DNA of 64,000 bases from Bradymonadia bacterium (GTDB lineage Bacteria; Myxococcota_A; Bradymonadia; UBA7976; UBA1532). The stretch is from NCBI GenBank assembly GCA_046290225.1, contig JBKAGE010000037.1, positions 64,001 through 128,000 on the forward strand. Reading direction: 5' to 3'. The notes beneath the pieces are model-generated. The model was not told the DNA's origin. It made no database searches and saw nothing but the letters and a program-made list of their open reading frames with translations. Shown here in pieces: positions 15,997 to 29,712 of the stretch. Numbering within the stretch: the stretch's first letter is position 1; each line of letters starts with the position of its first letter. The position numbers were made by a program, and so were the translations under genes.

Positions 15997-16118
15997 ATCT
16001 GCACCTCCTCGTGCGGTGTTCGCGACATATTCTATGCGCAATTGCGATGTCCTCCCCTTGCTCTTGATGCACGCCTGAGGCACAACCGTTCTCTTGAACA
16101 TCGCCCCCAGGAGCCCCC

Positions 16119-17141
16119 ATGAACGCCCCCGAGATTCGACATGACTGGACCCGTGGCGAGATCAGGGCCCTCTTCGATCTGCCCTTCAACGATCTGCTCT
16201 TTCGGGCTCAGAGCGCCCACCGGCGCCACTTCGATCCCAACCGGGTACAGCTGAGCACCCTGCTCAGCATCAAGACCGGCTCTTGCCCCGAAGACTGCGC
16301 CTACTGCCCTCAGAGCGCGCGGTACGACACCGGCCTCGAGTCCGAGCGGCTGATGCCTCTCGAAGAGGTGCTCCAGCGGGCCCAGGCGGCCAAGGATGCA
16401 GGGGCCACGCGGTTCTGCATGGGGGCCGCCTGGCGCAACCCCAAGGATCGAGACCTCGACAAGGTCTGCGACATGGTCGTCGGTGTGCGTAAGCTCGGGC
16501 TCGAGACCTGCGTCACTCTGGGCATGCTCAAAGAGACACAGGCGAGACGCCTCAAAGAGGCAGGCCTGGACTACTACAACCACAACATCGACACCGATCC
16601 CGAGATGTACGGTGACATCATCACCACCCGCACCTTTCAGGATCGACTCGACACCCTTGAGCACGTGCGCGAAGCGGGCATGAAGGTGTGTTGCGGCGGC
16701 ATCGTGGGTATGGGCGAGAGCCGCGATCAGCGCGCGGGCATGCTGCTCACCCTGGCCAACATGCCCAGCCACCCCGAGAGCGTGCCCATCAACATGCTGG
16801 TTCAGGTCGAGGGCACTCCGCTGCACGGATCCGACAGCCTCGATCCACTGGAGTTCATCCGCACCATCGCCGTGGCGCGTATCCTGATGCCTCGATCGAG
16901 GGTCCGGCTCTCCGCTGGCCGTCGCCAGATGGACGACAGCACTCAGGCCTTGTGCTTCTTCGCCGGCGCAAACTCCATCTTCTATGGCGATCAGCTGCTC
17001 ACCACGGGCAACCCCGACGTGATCCGTGATCAGACCCTCCTCACCCGCCTGGGCATCGAAGCCGACGGCATGCCCACCGATGATGTAGAGCCGCCCACCT
17101 CAGTACACCCCGGCCACTGCCCCATCGAGGACCTGCCTTGA
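16119..17141 (+). CDS. bioB: Biotin synthase
   Basis: [17 protein letters not shown] radical-SAM motif, [25 protein letters not shown]. Confidence 0.97.
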   Translation: MNAPEIRHDWTRGEIRALFDLPFNDLLFRAQSAHRRHFDPNRVQLSTLLSIKTGSCPEDCAYCPQSARYDTGLESERLMPLEEVLQRAQAAKDAGATRFCMGAAWRNPKDRDLDKVCDMVVGVRKLGLETCVTLGMLKETQARRLKEAGLDYYNHNIDTDPEMYGDIITTRTFQDRLDTLEHVREAGMKVCCGGIVGMGESRDQRAGMLLTLANMPSHPESVPINMLVQVEGTPLHGSDSLDPLEFIRTIAVARILMPRSRVRLSAGRRQMDDSTQALCFFAGANSIFYGDQLLTTGNPDVIRDQTLLTRLGIEADGMPTDDVEPPTSVHPGHCPIEDLP

Positions 17142-18412
17142 GCGATGGCTCGAGCTGGCTCGACGGCCCCGGCCGTCATCTCTGGCGCCCTTACACGCAG
17201 ATGCTCACCGAGTTGGCCCCCTTGAAGGCCGTGGCCACCGAGGGCGTGTACATCGAGCTCGAAGACGGGCGCCGACTCGTCGACGGGACCTCGTCGTGGT
17301 GGACGGCCTGTCACGGCTACAACCACCCCTACATCCGTGAGCGCGTCATCGAGCAGCTGCACGCGATGCCTCACGTGATGTTCGGTGGGCTCTACCACGC
17401 CCCCGCCCTCGAGCTGGCCACACGCCTCGCACAGCTGCTCCCCGGAGATCTCGCCCACGCGTTCTTTGCCGAGTCAGGCTCGGTCTCGGTGGAAGTGGCC
17501 ATGAAGATGGCGGCGCAGTTCTGGCTCAACCAGGGTCAGCGTCGTACGCGCTTCGTGAGCTTCCTCGGGGGCTATCACGGCGACACCCTGGCCACCATGA
17601 GCGTGTGTGATCCCGAAGAAGGCATGCACGGCATGTTCAAAGGGCTGCTCGCAGATCAGCTCGTGATCCCGTTGCCTGTGGATGACGCCTCTCGAGCTGA
17701 CTTCGTCGGCACGCTTAAGCGTCACCGACACGAGGTGGCTGCGGTCATCATGGAGCCCCTGATGCAGGGCGCCGGTGGCATGCGATTGCACAGCCCGGAG
17801 ACACTCGCCTTCATCCGAGAGGCCTGCACCGCCCACGATGTGCTCTTGATCCTCGACGAGATCGCCACGGGCTTCGGCCGCACGGGCACTCTCTTCGCCT
17901 GCGAGCAGGCTGATGTGATCCCCGACATCATCACCCTCTCCAAGGCGCTCACCGGCGGCACCCTGCCCCTCTCGGCGGCGGTGGCCTCCACCCGCATCTT
18001 CGAGGGCTTCCTCAGCGAGGATCCGCTCAAAGCGCTGATGCACGGCCCCACCTATATGGCCAACCCCATGGGCTGCACCGCAGCTCTGGCCAGCCTCGAT
18101 CTGTTCGAGCGCGAGCCCCGCATCGCCCAGGTGAAAGCCATCGAGTCCCAGCTCGCCTCTGGCCTCACCTCCCTCGCCGATCTCGATCACGTCGTCGATG
18201 TCCGGGTGCTCGGCGCGATGGGCGCGGTCCAGCTCAAAAAGGGCCCCAAAGGCCTGCCCCTCGACGCCATGCGCCAGGCCTTCGCCGATCGCGGTGTGTG
18301 GGTGAGGCCCTTCGGCGACGTGGTCTACCTGATGCCCCCCTTCATCATCGAAACACCACAACTCGAGCTCCTCATCGAGGCCGTAAAAGACGTCGTCACC
18401 ACCTTCAGATAA
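17138..18412 (+). CDS. bioA: Adenosylmethionine-8-amino-7-oxononanoate aminotransferase
   Basis: [33 protein letters not shown] and SKALTGG; overlaps the bioB stop. Confidence 0.96.
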   Translation: MSDGSSWLDGPGRHLWRPYTQMLTELAPLKAVATEGVYIELEDGRRLVDGTSSWWTACHGYNHPYIRERVIEQLHAMPHVMFGGLYHAPALELATRLAQLLPGDLAHAFFAESGSVSVEVAMKMAAQFWLNQGQRRTRFVSFLGGYHGDTLATMSVCDPEEGMHGMFKGLLADQLVIPLPVDDASRADFVGTLKRHRHEVAAVIMEPLMQGAGGMRLHSPETLAFIREACTAHDVLLILDEIATGFGRTGTLFACEQADVIPDIITLSKALTGGTLPLSAAVASTRIFEGFLSEDPLKALMHGPTYMANPMGCTAALASLDLFEREPRIAQVKAIESQLASGLTSLADLDHVVDVRVLGAMGAVQLKKGPKGLPLDAMRQAFADRGVWVRPFGDVVYLMPPFIIETPQLELLIEAVKDVVTTFR

Positions 18413-18474
18413 GAAGCCCTAAAAAGACCCCTCTCCCTCACCCACAAAGCCAAAAGCCCCACAAAGCCATAACC

Positions 18475-18669
18475 CACCTATGCACGTGCCCCACGGAGGC
18501 GCGGAGGTGGCGGCAGTCGTCGTGAGCGTGGTGAGTTCGCGTGCAGATGTGGTGGGGAAAGCGCAGGCGCAGCGAAGGCTTCTGCCAGCGCTGCGTCGAG
18601 CATTTACCCGCCGCAGCTGTGCGTGAAATCGCCGCGCTCACGACGGCTGACGCCGCCGGAGCGCCGGAG
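18475..18669 (+). repeat. Structured hairpin repeat, copy C
   Basis: CACCTATGCACGTGCCCCACGGAGGC...~50-bp G.T-rich stem...GCGCAGGCGCAGCG...CGCTGCGTCGAGC...GCCGGAGCGCCGGAG; between convergent genes. Confidence 0.87.
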
Positions 18670-18670
18670 T

Positions 18671-20797
18671 TCAGGGTGCCCCGTCGCGCTCGTCGGCATC
18701 CTCGGGGGAGTCACAGCCGGGATCGTTGGGGAAGTCGATCAGACCATCGCGATCGTTGTCGTCACCATCGTCACAGGGGGGCAGCACCTCGGTGAACTCC
18801 ATGGTGAACGTGTAGTTGCCCCCCTCGCCGAAGCGGGTGTCGAGGTAGATGAAGTAGCCTCCCGGCTCGAGGCGGCGCAGAGACACGCGGCCGCGCTCGG
18901 TCATGCCCGAGTCACCGCGATCGCACTGCAGCTCGCTCGCCACGCTCGTGCACTCCGAGCGGACGTACACCACCGTGCTGATCTCCGTCTCGGGGTGATC
19001 AGTGTCGATGATGATCTCCGACTGGTAGCGCACATCGTTCTCGAAGTAGTACACCCGCTCTGGGGCATTCACCCCACCGCAGCTGCCTCGGAAGTCGTTC
19101 GACGCCCCTTCCTCTTCGAGCGTGGTGCCGCTCACCGTCAGGATGTTGCTGTTGCGGGGCAGGAAGAGCTGCTCCACCTGCACGTCGGCACCGCACACAT
19201 CCGTCTCATCGCTGTCAGCGGCGTTGAAGCAGCCCACATCGTCAGGGTAGTCCGTCAGGCCGTCTTCGTCGTCGTCCATCCCGTTGCCGCAGATGGGGGC
19301 CGGATCAGGCGTCGTCTCGTCGCGATCAGAGGGCTGCTCACAGCCCGGATCGTTCGGGTAATCAGCGAGACCATCCTCGTCGTCGTCCACCCCGTTGAGG
19401 CACTGAGCGAGAGGCGTCTCGTCCACCCGGAGCTCCACCGGACCACCGGCACCAGCGACACCGTCGATGTAGACGAGCAGCTCACCCTGAGGGGGATCGG
19501 GGATCGTCAGCGTGTTGCCGATGGCCACCGCGTTCTGGTTCTCGCGCACACAGGCGATCTCCGCCAGGGGCTCGAGACAGTTCGTCAGGCGCACGTAAAT
19601 CGTCGTGGGCACCAGCGTACCCGGGTTGTCCGTGGTGATCGTCAGGGCCTCAACCGGATGATCGAGGAGGTAGGACACCACCAGCTCGGGGCTGCCGTTG
19701 CCGCCGCACGTGCCTTGCGACTCGAAGAGACCGCGGCTCGTGTCGATGGTCACCGTCTCGCCGTCATCGAGGCGGGGCGGATCGTAGAAGTCACCGCAGC
19801 TGCCGCGCTCGCTCGTGTCGCCAGAAGACGTGCAGCCCTCATCGTCGGGGTAGTCGACGCGGCCGTCGACGTCGTTGTCGCGGCCATCAGAGCACTCAGT
19901 GGGACGACTGGGATCAGCCTCGTCGCGATCACCCACGCCAGCACAGCCTGGATCGTTCGGGTAATCGACGAAGCCATCACCGTCATCGTCCATCCCGTTG
20001 CCACAGGCAGGGGGTGACGCCGGATCATCCTCGTCGTCGTCACCGGCGGCAGCGCAGCCCGGCTCCGCGGGGAAGTCGATCACCCCATCGCCGTCATTGT
20101 CGATGACGTCGTTGCATGCCGGCCGCTCATCAGGATCAGCCTCGGTCATGTCGGCAGGGTTGGTGCAGCCCGGATCCTCGAGATCGATACGACCATCAGA
20201 GTCGTTGTCGAGGGTGTCGGTGCACTGAGGCTGCTGGAGCTCGTTCTCCTCAGTCTCGTCCTGCCGGGAGCTGCAGCCGGGATCGTTGGGGAAGTCGGTG
20301 AGACCATCGAGATCGTTGTCGAGGCCGTCATCACACGCCGGGGGAGGCGGCGGATCGAACTCGTCCGGATCCCCCTCGCTGCTGCAGCCGGGATCCTCAA
20401 GATCGACCAGACCGTCACCGTCGTTGTCTTCGCCGTCGTTGCAGGCCACCTCGACGGGCATGCCACCGCCAGCGCCGGCCTCGCCGCCGCCAGCGCCCGC
20501 CTGACCACCGCCAGCGCCCGCCTGACCACCACCGGCACCGGCCTGACCACCGCCAGCCCCGCCGATCATGCGGCCCATGTCGGGCTCACCGCCGCTCGAG
20601 TCCTCGCTGTCACAGGCAGCGAGCCACCCGGTGGCAGCCATCAAGACCAGCAGGCGACGCAGTCGTCGACCCTTTGCCAAATGTCCCGCCTTCGAATGCC
20701 CCGTTTCCGAATACTCTGACACGTACCACTCCCATACTTGAGGCCGTCTGGCCTTATACAACTGACACCAGGACGTTACCAGCATGTCGGGGTTCAT
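18671..20797 (-). CDS. Cys/Asp-rich repeat surface lipoprotein
   Basis: Lipobox WLAAC, (GAGGGQA)n linker, about 9 C.DG.DND.DG..D.P.DPGC repeats interleaved with two beta-rich domains; true start probably near 20680. Confidence 0.85.
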   Translation of the reverse strand: MNPDMLVTSWCQLYKARRPQVWEWYVSEYSETGHSKAGHLAKGRRLRRLLVLMAATGWLAACDSEDSSGGEPDMGRMIGGAGGGQAGAGGGQAGAGGGQAGAGGGEAGAGGGMPVEVACNDGEDNDGDGLVDLEDPGCSSEGDPDEFDPPPPPACDDGLDNDLDGLTDFPNDPGCSSRQDETEENELQQPQCTDTLDNDSDGRIDLEDPGCTNPADMTEADPDERPACNDVIDNDGDGVIDFPAEPGCAAAGDDDEDDPASPPACGNGMDDDGDGFVDYPNDPGCAGVGDRDEADPSRPTECSDGRDNDVDGRVDYPDDEGCTSSGDTSERGSCGDFYDPPRLDDGETVTIDTSRGLFESQGTCGGNGSPELVVSYLLDHPVEALTITTDNPGTLVPTTIYVRLTNCLEPLAEIACVRENQNAVAIGNTLTIPDPPQGELLVYIDGVAGAGGPVELRVDETPLAQCLNGVDDDEDGLADYPNDPGCEQPSDRDETTPDPAPICGNGMDDDEDGLTDYPDDVGCFNAADSDETDVCGADVQVEQLFLPRNSNILTVSGTTLEEEGASNDFRGSCGGVNAPERVYYFENDVRYQSEIIIDTDHPETEISTVVYVRSECTSVASELQCDRGDSGMTERGRVSLRRLEPGGYFIYLDTRFGEGGNYTFTMEFTEVLPPCDDGDDNDRDGLIDFPNDPGCDSPEDADERDGAP

Positions 20798-20871
20798 CGC
20801 ACCCGGTCACAGGGCAATCGCACGTAGATGTGCCTTGCGTCATATCGCGAATCAGGTGTCTGATTCAGCCC

Positions 20872-21291
20872 ATGTCACCCTGGACCTCCACAACGTCTGC
20901 ACGTATGTGGTGTGCCCTCTGGCTCCTGGCCGGCGTAGGGCTGCCCGCATGTGAGAGCACCGCCTTCGACCTGTCCGAGAGCACGTCGACCAACTTGACG
21001 TTCTCACCCGCCTTCATGGAAGGCCCCAATCAGGAGATCGAGGTCGAGGCCACCTTCGACGGGGTGGCTGATCCGGAGAGCGTAGAAGGTGATCTGCCCA
21101 CGTGGTCGCTCGACGCCACCACCCATCCCGACCTCACAGTGCTCTCGTGGTCTTTCGTCTCCAACTTCAAGGTGAAGCTCAGGCTCAGTCGCAGCGCTGG
21201 CATTTCTCCCGGCGGTCACCCCATCACCTTGAAGATCGAGAACCATTTCGGCACCTTCGTCGCTCAAGGCGAGTTCTTCGTGTTTCCGTAG
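20872..21291 (+). CDS. Small lipoprotein, Ig-like beta fold
   Basis: LWLLAGVGLPAC lipobox; start uncertain. Confidence 0.65.
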   Translation: MSPWTSTTSARMWCALWLLAGVGLPACESTAFDLSESTSTNLTFSPAFMEGPNQEIEVEATFDGVADPESVEGDLPTWSLDATTHPDLTVLSWSFVSNFKVKLRLSRSAGISPGGHPITLKIENHFGTFVAQGEFFVFP

Positions 21292-21298
21292 GTGCTGG

Positions 21299-22156
21299 TT
21301 GTTTTGTCGCGCGCTGATCTGTGGTGGCTTGTGGGCCACGTCGCTCCATGCCTCTCCGGCGGTAGCTGAAACGTCTGCGCTCACGGAGGCACGGGCCTGT
21401 TACGATCAGCTCGACTACCAATGCGCCGAAGCCCGACTCGCTGAAGCCCTCGGGGGCCAGTTGAAGGCAGCCGCTCGCCTCGAAGCGCTCAACCTCCAGG
21501 CCCTGGTCTACACAGCATATCGCGATGACGTGAGCGCTCGCCGCGCCGTCCGGGCCATCTATGCCCTCGCCCCGGACCATGTACCCGCCGACGATCTCCC
21601 GCCCAGCCTGCTCGCCCTTTTCGAAGAGCTCCGCCCGCCTCCACCTGCGCCTGTAGAGCCACCTCCACCCCCTACCCCCCCGACTGTGCATCTACAAGGG
21701 GGCGGCAACACCGTGTTGCTCACCGGGCGGGACGCAGCACGGTGGAGTCGCGGACTCGGAGGTGAATTGGAGGCGGGGGCCTTCTGGCCCGATCTCGACA
21801 CGAGCCTCAGCATCAGCTTCGGGGTGAGCGATCACCTACCCCGTCAGCTCGTCGACGAGGGCATGGTCTGGCTCTATGGTGGGATCACGCTGAAACGTCA
21901 CGTGCACATCGGCAACTTCGAAGTGAGCGGCGGCCTCACAGTGGGCGCAGGCCGGGTGAGCATCAACGGCGCGCTCCAGGATGATCAGTATTGGGGTGGG
22001 CTGGTGTTGCTGCCGCTCACAGCGAAGAGCCCTCGATGGATGGGTGTGGGGCTCTATGTGCGCACTGCGCCAGGGCTGTTCACCACGCCGGACGGCGGGC
22101 GCCTTGCGGGCTCGTGGTTGCTGCCCTTCTCTGCCGGTCTCGACTACCGCCTGTGA
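21299..22156 (+). CDS. Secreted TPR-like, Pro-linker, probable outer-membrane beta-barrel protein
   Basis: Signal peptide, helical N-domain, PPPPAPVEPPPPP linker, C-terminal AGLDYRL barrel signature. Confidence 0.7.
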   Translation: MFCRALICGGLWATSLHASPAVAETSALTEARACYDQLDYQCAEARLAEALGGQLKAAARLEALNLQALVYTAYRDDVSARRAVRAIYALAPDHVPADDLPPSLLALFEELRPPPPAPVEPPPPPTPPTVHLQGGGNTVLLTGRDAARWSRGLGGELEAGAFWPDLDTSLSISFGVSDHLPRQLVDEGMVWLYGGITLKRHVHIGNFEVSGGLTVGAGRVSINGALQDDQYWGGLVLLPLTAKSPRWMGVGLYVRTAPGLFTTPDGGRLAGSWLLPFSAGLDYRL

Positions 22157-22169
22157 AGGAGACCGGCAT

Positions 22170-24641
22170 CTACAGGTGCTCTGCGCTCGCCGGCTGACTC
22201 CGCATCACGTGATGGGCTTCACGATATACGGTCTGTGTATCGGTGAGGCGCGTAATGAGCTGGGTGAGGCGGTTGGCCACTTCGGCGACCTCTTGTGAGG
22301 TCATCATGACCTCCTGGGCCTGCTCGAGGTTCTGACGGGCCACGCTCTCTACATGCTCGATGTCGTTCATGACGCCGAGGGCATCATGGGCAGCAGAGAG
22401 TGCCTGCTCAGAAGACTGGGCGACATCGGTGCTGACGGTGCGAATCTGATTGGCCACGGCGTTGGTCTCGTCGTTGGCCTGATTGATCTGCGAGACCACA
22501 GTGGACGCTGATTGGCTCTGAGCCTCCACGGAGTCGGCGATCTGAGCCACAGCGGAGCCCATCTGCTCGGTGGTGTGGGTGATGGCCTCGATGATGGTCA
22601 CCGTATGGTTCGCCTCGTCGACCACACCCGAGACCTTGTCTCGAATGTCTTCCACCGCATTGGCGGTTTGATCAGCAAGCTCCTTGACCTCTTCCGCCAC
22701 CACAGCGAAGCCCTTCCCTGCGTCACCGGCCCGTGCGGCCTCGATGGTGGCGTTGAGGGCGAGCATGCGGGTCTTGTTGGAGACCTGCTCGATCATGGTG
22801 AGGATGCCAGAGATGGAGTCGATGGCAGAGCTGAGCTGACTGACGTTGGTCTTGGCAGCGGTGCTCTGGTCGAGGGCCTCTTCGATGACGCTTCTGACCT
22901 GAGCGGTGGTGTCCTGGATGCTGTGAATCTCGTGCTCGATGGTCTGCACCCCGCTCGTCGCCTGATGCACCGCACCCGCCAGGCTCCCCGAACGCTCTGC
23001 GATCAATGTCGCACTGTGCTTCGCCGAATCCAGAGAGCCTGCAGCCTGGCCTGAAGCCTCGTTTGCTGAAGACGCTCGTCCCTTCGCACGGCTCGCTTCG
23101 TTCACCGCCGCTTCGGATTGCTCCGACAGGCTCTGAGAGACCCGAGACATTTTTTCTGCTGATGCGCTGAGCAATTGCCCTTCTCGAGCCACAGTGCGGA
23201 CGAGGTGCTCGATGTTGTCCATGACGCGGTTGAAGACAAAGCCCAGCTCGCCGGCTTCGTCGTTGCTGTCCTCCGACAAGCGCGTGCTGATGTCGCCCTG
23301 GCCGTAGGAGAGCTCGGTCATGCGCTTGAGCAGGTGACCCGTACCCAGCGTCGCCCCGTGCTCCACTTGGTTGAGACCGGCGAGCTCGTCCTCCGTGGAC
23401 ACGCGCATCCGCTCCACGAAGACGTCGAAGGCCTTGAACACCACATACCCGAGACCGAAAGCCCACACGAAGGCCAACAGAGCCCCACCAGCCTGCACAG
23501 CGATCTGCTCGAAGCGACCGCCGGCTGCGAGCTGATCAGCGGGGGCGAAGATGCCCACGGCGATGGTGCCCCAGAGGCCACCCATACCGTGTACGGGCAC
23601 AGCACCCACAGCGTCGTCGAGCTTGAACTTACGCTCGAGCAACTCAGCCCCGTAGTACGCCACCAGGCCGCCCACAGTACCGATCACCATGGCAGAGGGG
23701 ATCGACACCACGTTGCACCCGGCGGTGATGCCCACGAGGCCGCCGAGCAGTCCGTTGATCGATCGGTCCGGTCGGTAGTGCCCGTCCTCGAACCGGCCGA
23801 GGATCATGCACACAGAGCCACCAAAGGCACCGGCGATGAGGGTGTTGGCCACGATGGGCGAGAAGCTGCCGTCGCCGACAGTCGTAGAGCCGCCGTTGAA
23901 GCCGATCCAGCCGATCCAGAGGATGAGGGCACCCATGGTGGCGAGGACGGAGCTGTGGCCGTGAATGCGCACGGGGTTGCCCTCTTCGTCGAAGCGACCA
24001 ACACGAGGGCCGAGGATGACAACCATGGCGAGGGCGACCCAGCCACCGACGCTGTGCACCACCGTGGAGCCTGCGAAGTCGAGGAAGCCGATGTCAGCCA
24101 GCCAGGCCGTGTTGTTGCTGTCGAGCAGGTTGCCCCACGCCCAGTGGCCAAAAAGCGGATAGATGAGCACCGAGACCACCACCGAGACCACCAGGTAGCC
24201 ACCGAACTTCATGCGCTCTGCCACAGCACCTGACACGATGGTTGCTGCAGTTCCGCAGAACACTGCCTGGAACATGAAGAATGTGAAGCCCCACTCATCC
24301 ATACCATCGAGGGCGAAGAACTTGCCTTCGATGCCCAGGATGCCGCCGGCGCTGCTGCCGAACATGAACATGAAGCCCACGAGACAGAACATGACCACCG
24401 ACAACAACATGTCGGCGATGTTCTTCTGCGCCACGTTGATGGCGTTCTTCGACCGCACCATCCCTGCTTCGATGAACAGGAACCCGCACTGCATCAGGAA
24501 CACCAGCGCTGCGGACACCATCGTCCACACGTGATTGAGGTTTGTTTGTACTGTCTCTACGCTCGTCCCTTCAGCCATTGCGGGCGAGGCAAGCCCCACA
24601 CCCACCAATGTCAGGACGACTGTACTCCACCACTTCCCCAT
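22170..24641 (-). CDS. Ammonium transporter (Amt) fused to HAMP and methyl-accepting chemotaxis signalling domains
   Basis: N-half: MQCGF...[48 protein letters not shown]-half: [33 protein letters not shown]. Confidence 0.93.
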   Translation of the reverse strand: MGKWWSTVVLTLVGVGLASPAMAEGTSVETVQTNLNHVWTMVSAALVFLMQCGFLFIEAGMVRSKNAINVAQKNIADMLLSVVMFCLVGFMFMFGSSAGGILGIEGKFFALDGMDEWGFTFFMFQAVFCGTAATIVSGAVAERMKFGGYLVVSVVVSVLIYPLFGHWAWGNLLDSNNTAWLADIGFLDFAGSTVVHSVGGWVALAMVVILGPRVGRFDEEGNPVRIHGHSSVLATMGALILWIGWIGFNGGSTTVGDGSFSPIVANTLIAGAFGGSVCMILGRFEDGHYRPDRSINGLLGGLVGITAGCNVVSIPSAMVIGTVGGLVAYYGAELLERKFKLDDAVGAVPVHGMGGLWGTIAVGIFAPADQLAAGGRFEQIAVQAGGALLAFVWAFGLGYVVFKAFDVFVERMRVSTEDELAGLNQVEHGATLGTGHLLKRMTELSYGQGDISTRLSEDSNDEAGELGFVFNRVMDNIEHLVRTVAREGQLLSASAEKMSRVSQSLSEQSEAAVNEASRAKGRASSANEASGQAAGSLDSAKHSATLIAERSGSLAGAVHQATSGVQTIEHEIHSIQDTTAQVRSVIEEALDQSTAAKTNVSQLSSAIDSISGILTMIEQVSNKTRMLALNATIEAARAGDAGKGFAVVAEEVKELADQTANAVEDIRDKVSGVVDEANHTVTIIEAITHTTEQMGSAVAQIADSVEAQSQSASTVVSQINQANDETNAVANQIRTVSTDVAQSSEQALSAAHDALGVMNDIEHVESVARQNLEQAQEVMMTSQEVAEVANRLTQLITRLTDTQTVYREAHHVMRSQPASAEHL

Positions 24642-24895
24642 GGCTTTGCTCCTCGAAGATCAAGCCGGACACACACCGATGATTGCCCTGTCCTTCGGCA
24701 CGATCTGTGACACAAACAAGCCATCGGGCAGGCACAGCTCAACATTCAAAAAGCATTAAAGATATAGAACCAACCCCCGGGTCGTCAGATACCCCCCTCC
24801 ACTCAAACGTGCACGGGGGCATCGCGTCGCTGACTCTGACATGCAAGCAAATGTACTCTGGGGCGGGATCTCGAAGATGAGGCAGCTGGGACTCG

Positions 24896-25141
24896 CTATC
24901 GACCCTGATTCAGCCTGCGCTCGAACTTCAAGCGCTCTGCGAGGACAGAGACGATCACTGCCCGTACCCCGCGAGTGTCGAGGCCCCTCAACGCGTTGAG
25001 CAAAGGGCCATCAGTGTACTGCAATCCCAACGCGGCGATGCCTGCAGGACCCACAGGGCACGGCAGCTGATCGTGATGTAAGGCTTTGAGCACTGTCTTC
25101 AAGGCTTCGGTGCTGACCTCGGTGAGCCCCTGGTTGACCAT
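24896..25141 (-). CDS. Small hypothetical protein
   Basis: 81 aa, AAAGGA RBS, follows the permease on the same strand. Confidence 0.65.
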   Translation of the reverse strand: MVNQGLTEVSTEALKTVLKALHHDQLPCPVGPAGIAALGLQYTDGPLLNALRGLDTRGVRAVIVSVLAERLKFERRLNQGR

Positions 25142-25179
25142 GATGCGTCCTTTCGTGTGATGCAGGTGAAGCCACCTGC

Positions 25180-26559
25180 TCAGAAGCTGCCTGTCATGCT
25201 CCCCAGGGCCACCACCACTGCAGTGGCGACAAAGGGGAACGCCACCGCCACCATGAAGATGTCGAGGTAGGATTTACGGTGGGTGAGCCCGCAGATGGCC
25301 AGCAGAGTCACCACGGCGCCGTTGTGTGGCAGCGTGTCGAGGCCACCACAGGCAAGGGTGGCCACGCGGTGGAGCAACTCAGGTGACAGGTCGGTGGCCT
25401 GAGCCATCTGCAAGTAGGTGCTGCCGAGGGCTTCGAGGGCGATGCTCAGCCCACCCGAGGCAGAGCCCGTGACACCGGCGAGCAGGTTCACGGAAATGGC
25501 CTCGGAGATGAGCGGGTTGCCTGGGGCGATGCCCATGACGGTCTCTTTGATGAGCGCAAAAGAGGCCAGCGTGGCGATGGTCTTGCCAAAGCCCACCTCA
25601 GAGGCTGTGTTCAAGATGGGCAGAAGGCTGTCCTTGGTGCCCTGGTTCAAAGAAAACGTGGGCTTCTCGAGCCAGCGCCACACCAGCACGAAGAGCAACG
25701 CCGTCGACACTGCCATGGCACCGATGAGGGCCCAGAGGCCCTTCACCTTGTCCAGGGAAGTGGCGCCGTACATGGCCTCGCCCAAATAGCTGGCATCCAT
25801 CTCGGGCAGAATCACCCTGCTGAGCACGTAGTTGAGGACCACGACGACGATGAGCGGGGCCACGGCGAGGACCATGGGCGGCCTCGGGGCCTCGCTGGAC
25901 TCGAGCAGCTCGGCATCACCATACCCTTCACCGGCAGCCTGAGCCTTACGGGCCCGGCTCTTGAGCCACCACAGCCCTGCCCCGAGCATGATCACGCCAG
26001 CGATGAGGCCCAGGCCTGGCGCGGCGAAGGCGTCGGTGCCGAAGTAGGGCATGGGAATGGTGTTCTGAATCGCCGGCGTGCCTGGGAGAGCGGTCATGGT
26101 GAAGGTGAACGAGCCCAGGGCGATGGACCCGGGGATCAAACGTTTGGGCACCTGAGCGCTCTGAAACAACGACACGGCGATGGGGTAGATGGCGAAGGCC
26201 ACGACGAAGAGGCTGACCCCACCATAGGTGAGCAATCCGCAGGCGAGCACCACAGCGGTGATGGCGTTGTTGGGGCCAAGCAGCTTCGCCAGCTTGAGCC
26301 CGATGGTGGTGGCGGCCCCCGAGTCGGCCATGACCTTGCCGAAGATGGCGCCGAGCATGAACACGGGGAAGTACTTGAGCAGATAGCCGCCGAGGGCAGG
26401 CATGAACACCTGAGTGTACGTGGCCAGGAGCGGCACGCCCTCGTGAAACAGGCATGCGAGCAAGGCGAGTGCCGGAGCGAGCACCAGGACGTTGATGCCC
26501 CGATAGGCGAGGTACATCAGCAACGTCAACGCCAACAGCGTGCCGACGAGTCCGAGCAT
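25180..26559 (-). CDS. GntP-family (ion transporter superfamily) organic-acid permease
   Basis: LTYGGVSLFVVAFA, ALPGTPAIQN, GSASGGLSIAL and DTLPHNGAV; polytopic. Confidence 0.87.
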   Translation of the reverse strand: MLGLVGTLLALTLLMYLAYRGINVLVLAPALALLACLFHEGVPLLATYTQVFMPALGGYLLKYFPVFMLGAIFGKVMADSGAATTIGLKLAKLLGPNNAITAVVLACGLLTYGGVSLFVVAFAIYPIAVSLFQSAQVPKRLIPGSIALGSFTFTMTALPGTPAIQNTIPMPYFGTDAFAAPGLGLIAGVIMLGAGLWWLKSRARKAQAAGEGYGDAELLESSEAPRPPMVLAVAPLIVVVVLNYVLSRVILPEMDASYLGEAMYGATSLDKVKGLWALIGAMAVSTALLFVLVWRWLEKPTFSLNQGTKDSLLPILNTASEVGFGKTIATLASFALIKETVMGIAPGNPLISEAISVNLLAGVTGSASGGLSIALEALGSTYLQMAQATDLSPELLHRVATLACGGLDTLPHNGAVVTLLAICGLTHRKSYLDIFMVAVAFPFVATAVVVALGSMTGSF

Positions 26560-26656
26560 GGGCCACTCCACAGTGGAGATGAGAGAGGCCCTTCCTTCTC
26601 ACATTTTCTGTTCGGTGGGCAACGGGACCCTCAGCGAGCCATGGACAAGACCATGC

Positions 26657-29221
<2,565 letters not shown>

Positions 29222-29368
29222 GAACTGTCTCGGCCTTCACCTGCCGTAGCCCCAGGGGCGGGTCGAAAAAACCACCCCTCGGAGAGCACGCCCTGGGGGC
29301 CCTACAAACCTGTCACGATGTTTGCTGAGAGGTCTGCTCAGGTACAGCTCTACACATGAGGAGATCCC

Positions 29369-29707
29369 ATGAGCGCCACAGAGACATATTCAGAACTGTC
29401 GGGCCACGGTAACGCCGCCCACCCCAGCTCGATCCCGGGCAGTGACGTCCGCACCTCGAACATGGATCTCAAGATTCAGTGGGGCCACCCCAAAGTCTGG
29501 GGGCCCATCGCCACTTCGTCTCTGATCTTGTTCCTCTGTATCAGCATCACCATGCATCTGATGGATCTGACCCGCTCGGGCTTCGGCTACCAGCTGCTGT
29601 TCATCTTGAGCAGCGCCTTCGTGGTGCCCAGCTTTGTGTGCACCGTCGGTGGGGCCATGATGCTGAAGAAGGAAAAGCGCAACGCCCTCGCCGACGTGCC
29701 TCACTGA
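29369..29707 (+). CDS. Small two-TM membrane protein
   Basis: GAGGAG RBS; two hydrophobic segments. Confidence 0.7.
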   Translation: MSATETYSELSGHGNAAHPSSIPGSDVRTSNMDLKIQWGHPKVWGPIATSSLILFLCISITMHLMDLTRSGFGYQLLFILSSAFVVPSFVCTVGGAMMLKKEKRNALADVPH

Positions 29708-29712
29708 CCAGA

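Noticed and set aside
12800..16100. Prophage or integrative element at the tRNA genes
   Set aside because: No integrase, transposase, phage gene or att-like duplicated tRNA 3' end was seen flanking the array.
15997..16118. BirA operator upstream of bioB
   Set aside because: No TGTAAACC-N14/16-GGTTTACA-like site; only a short CGCAATTGCG palindrome of unknown meaning.
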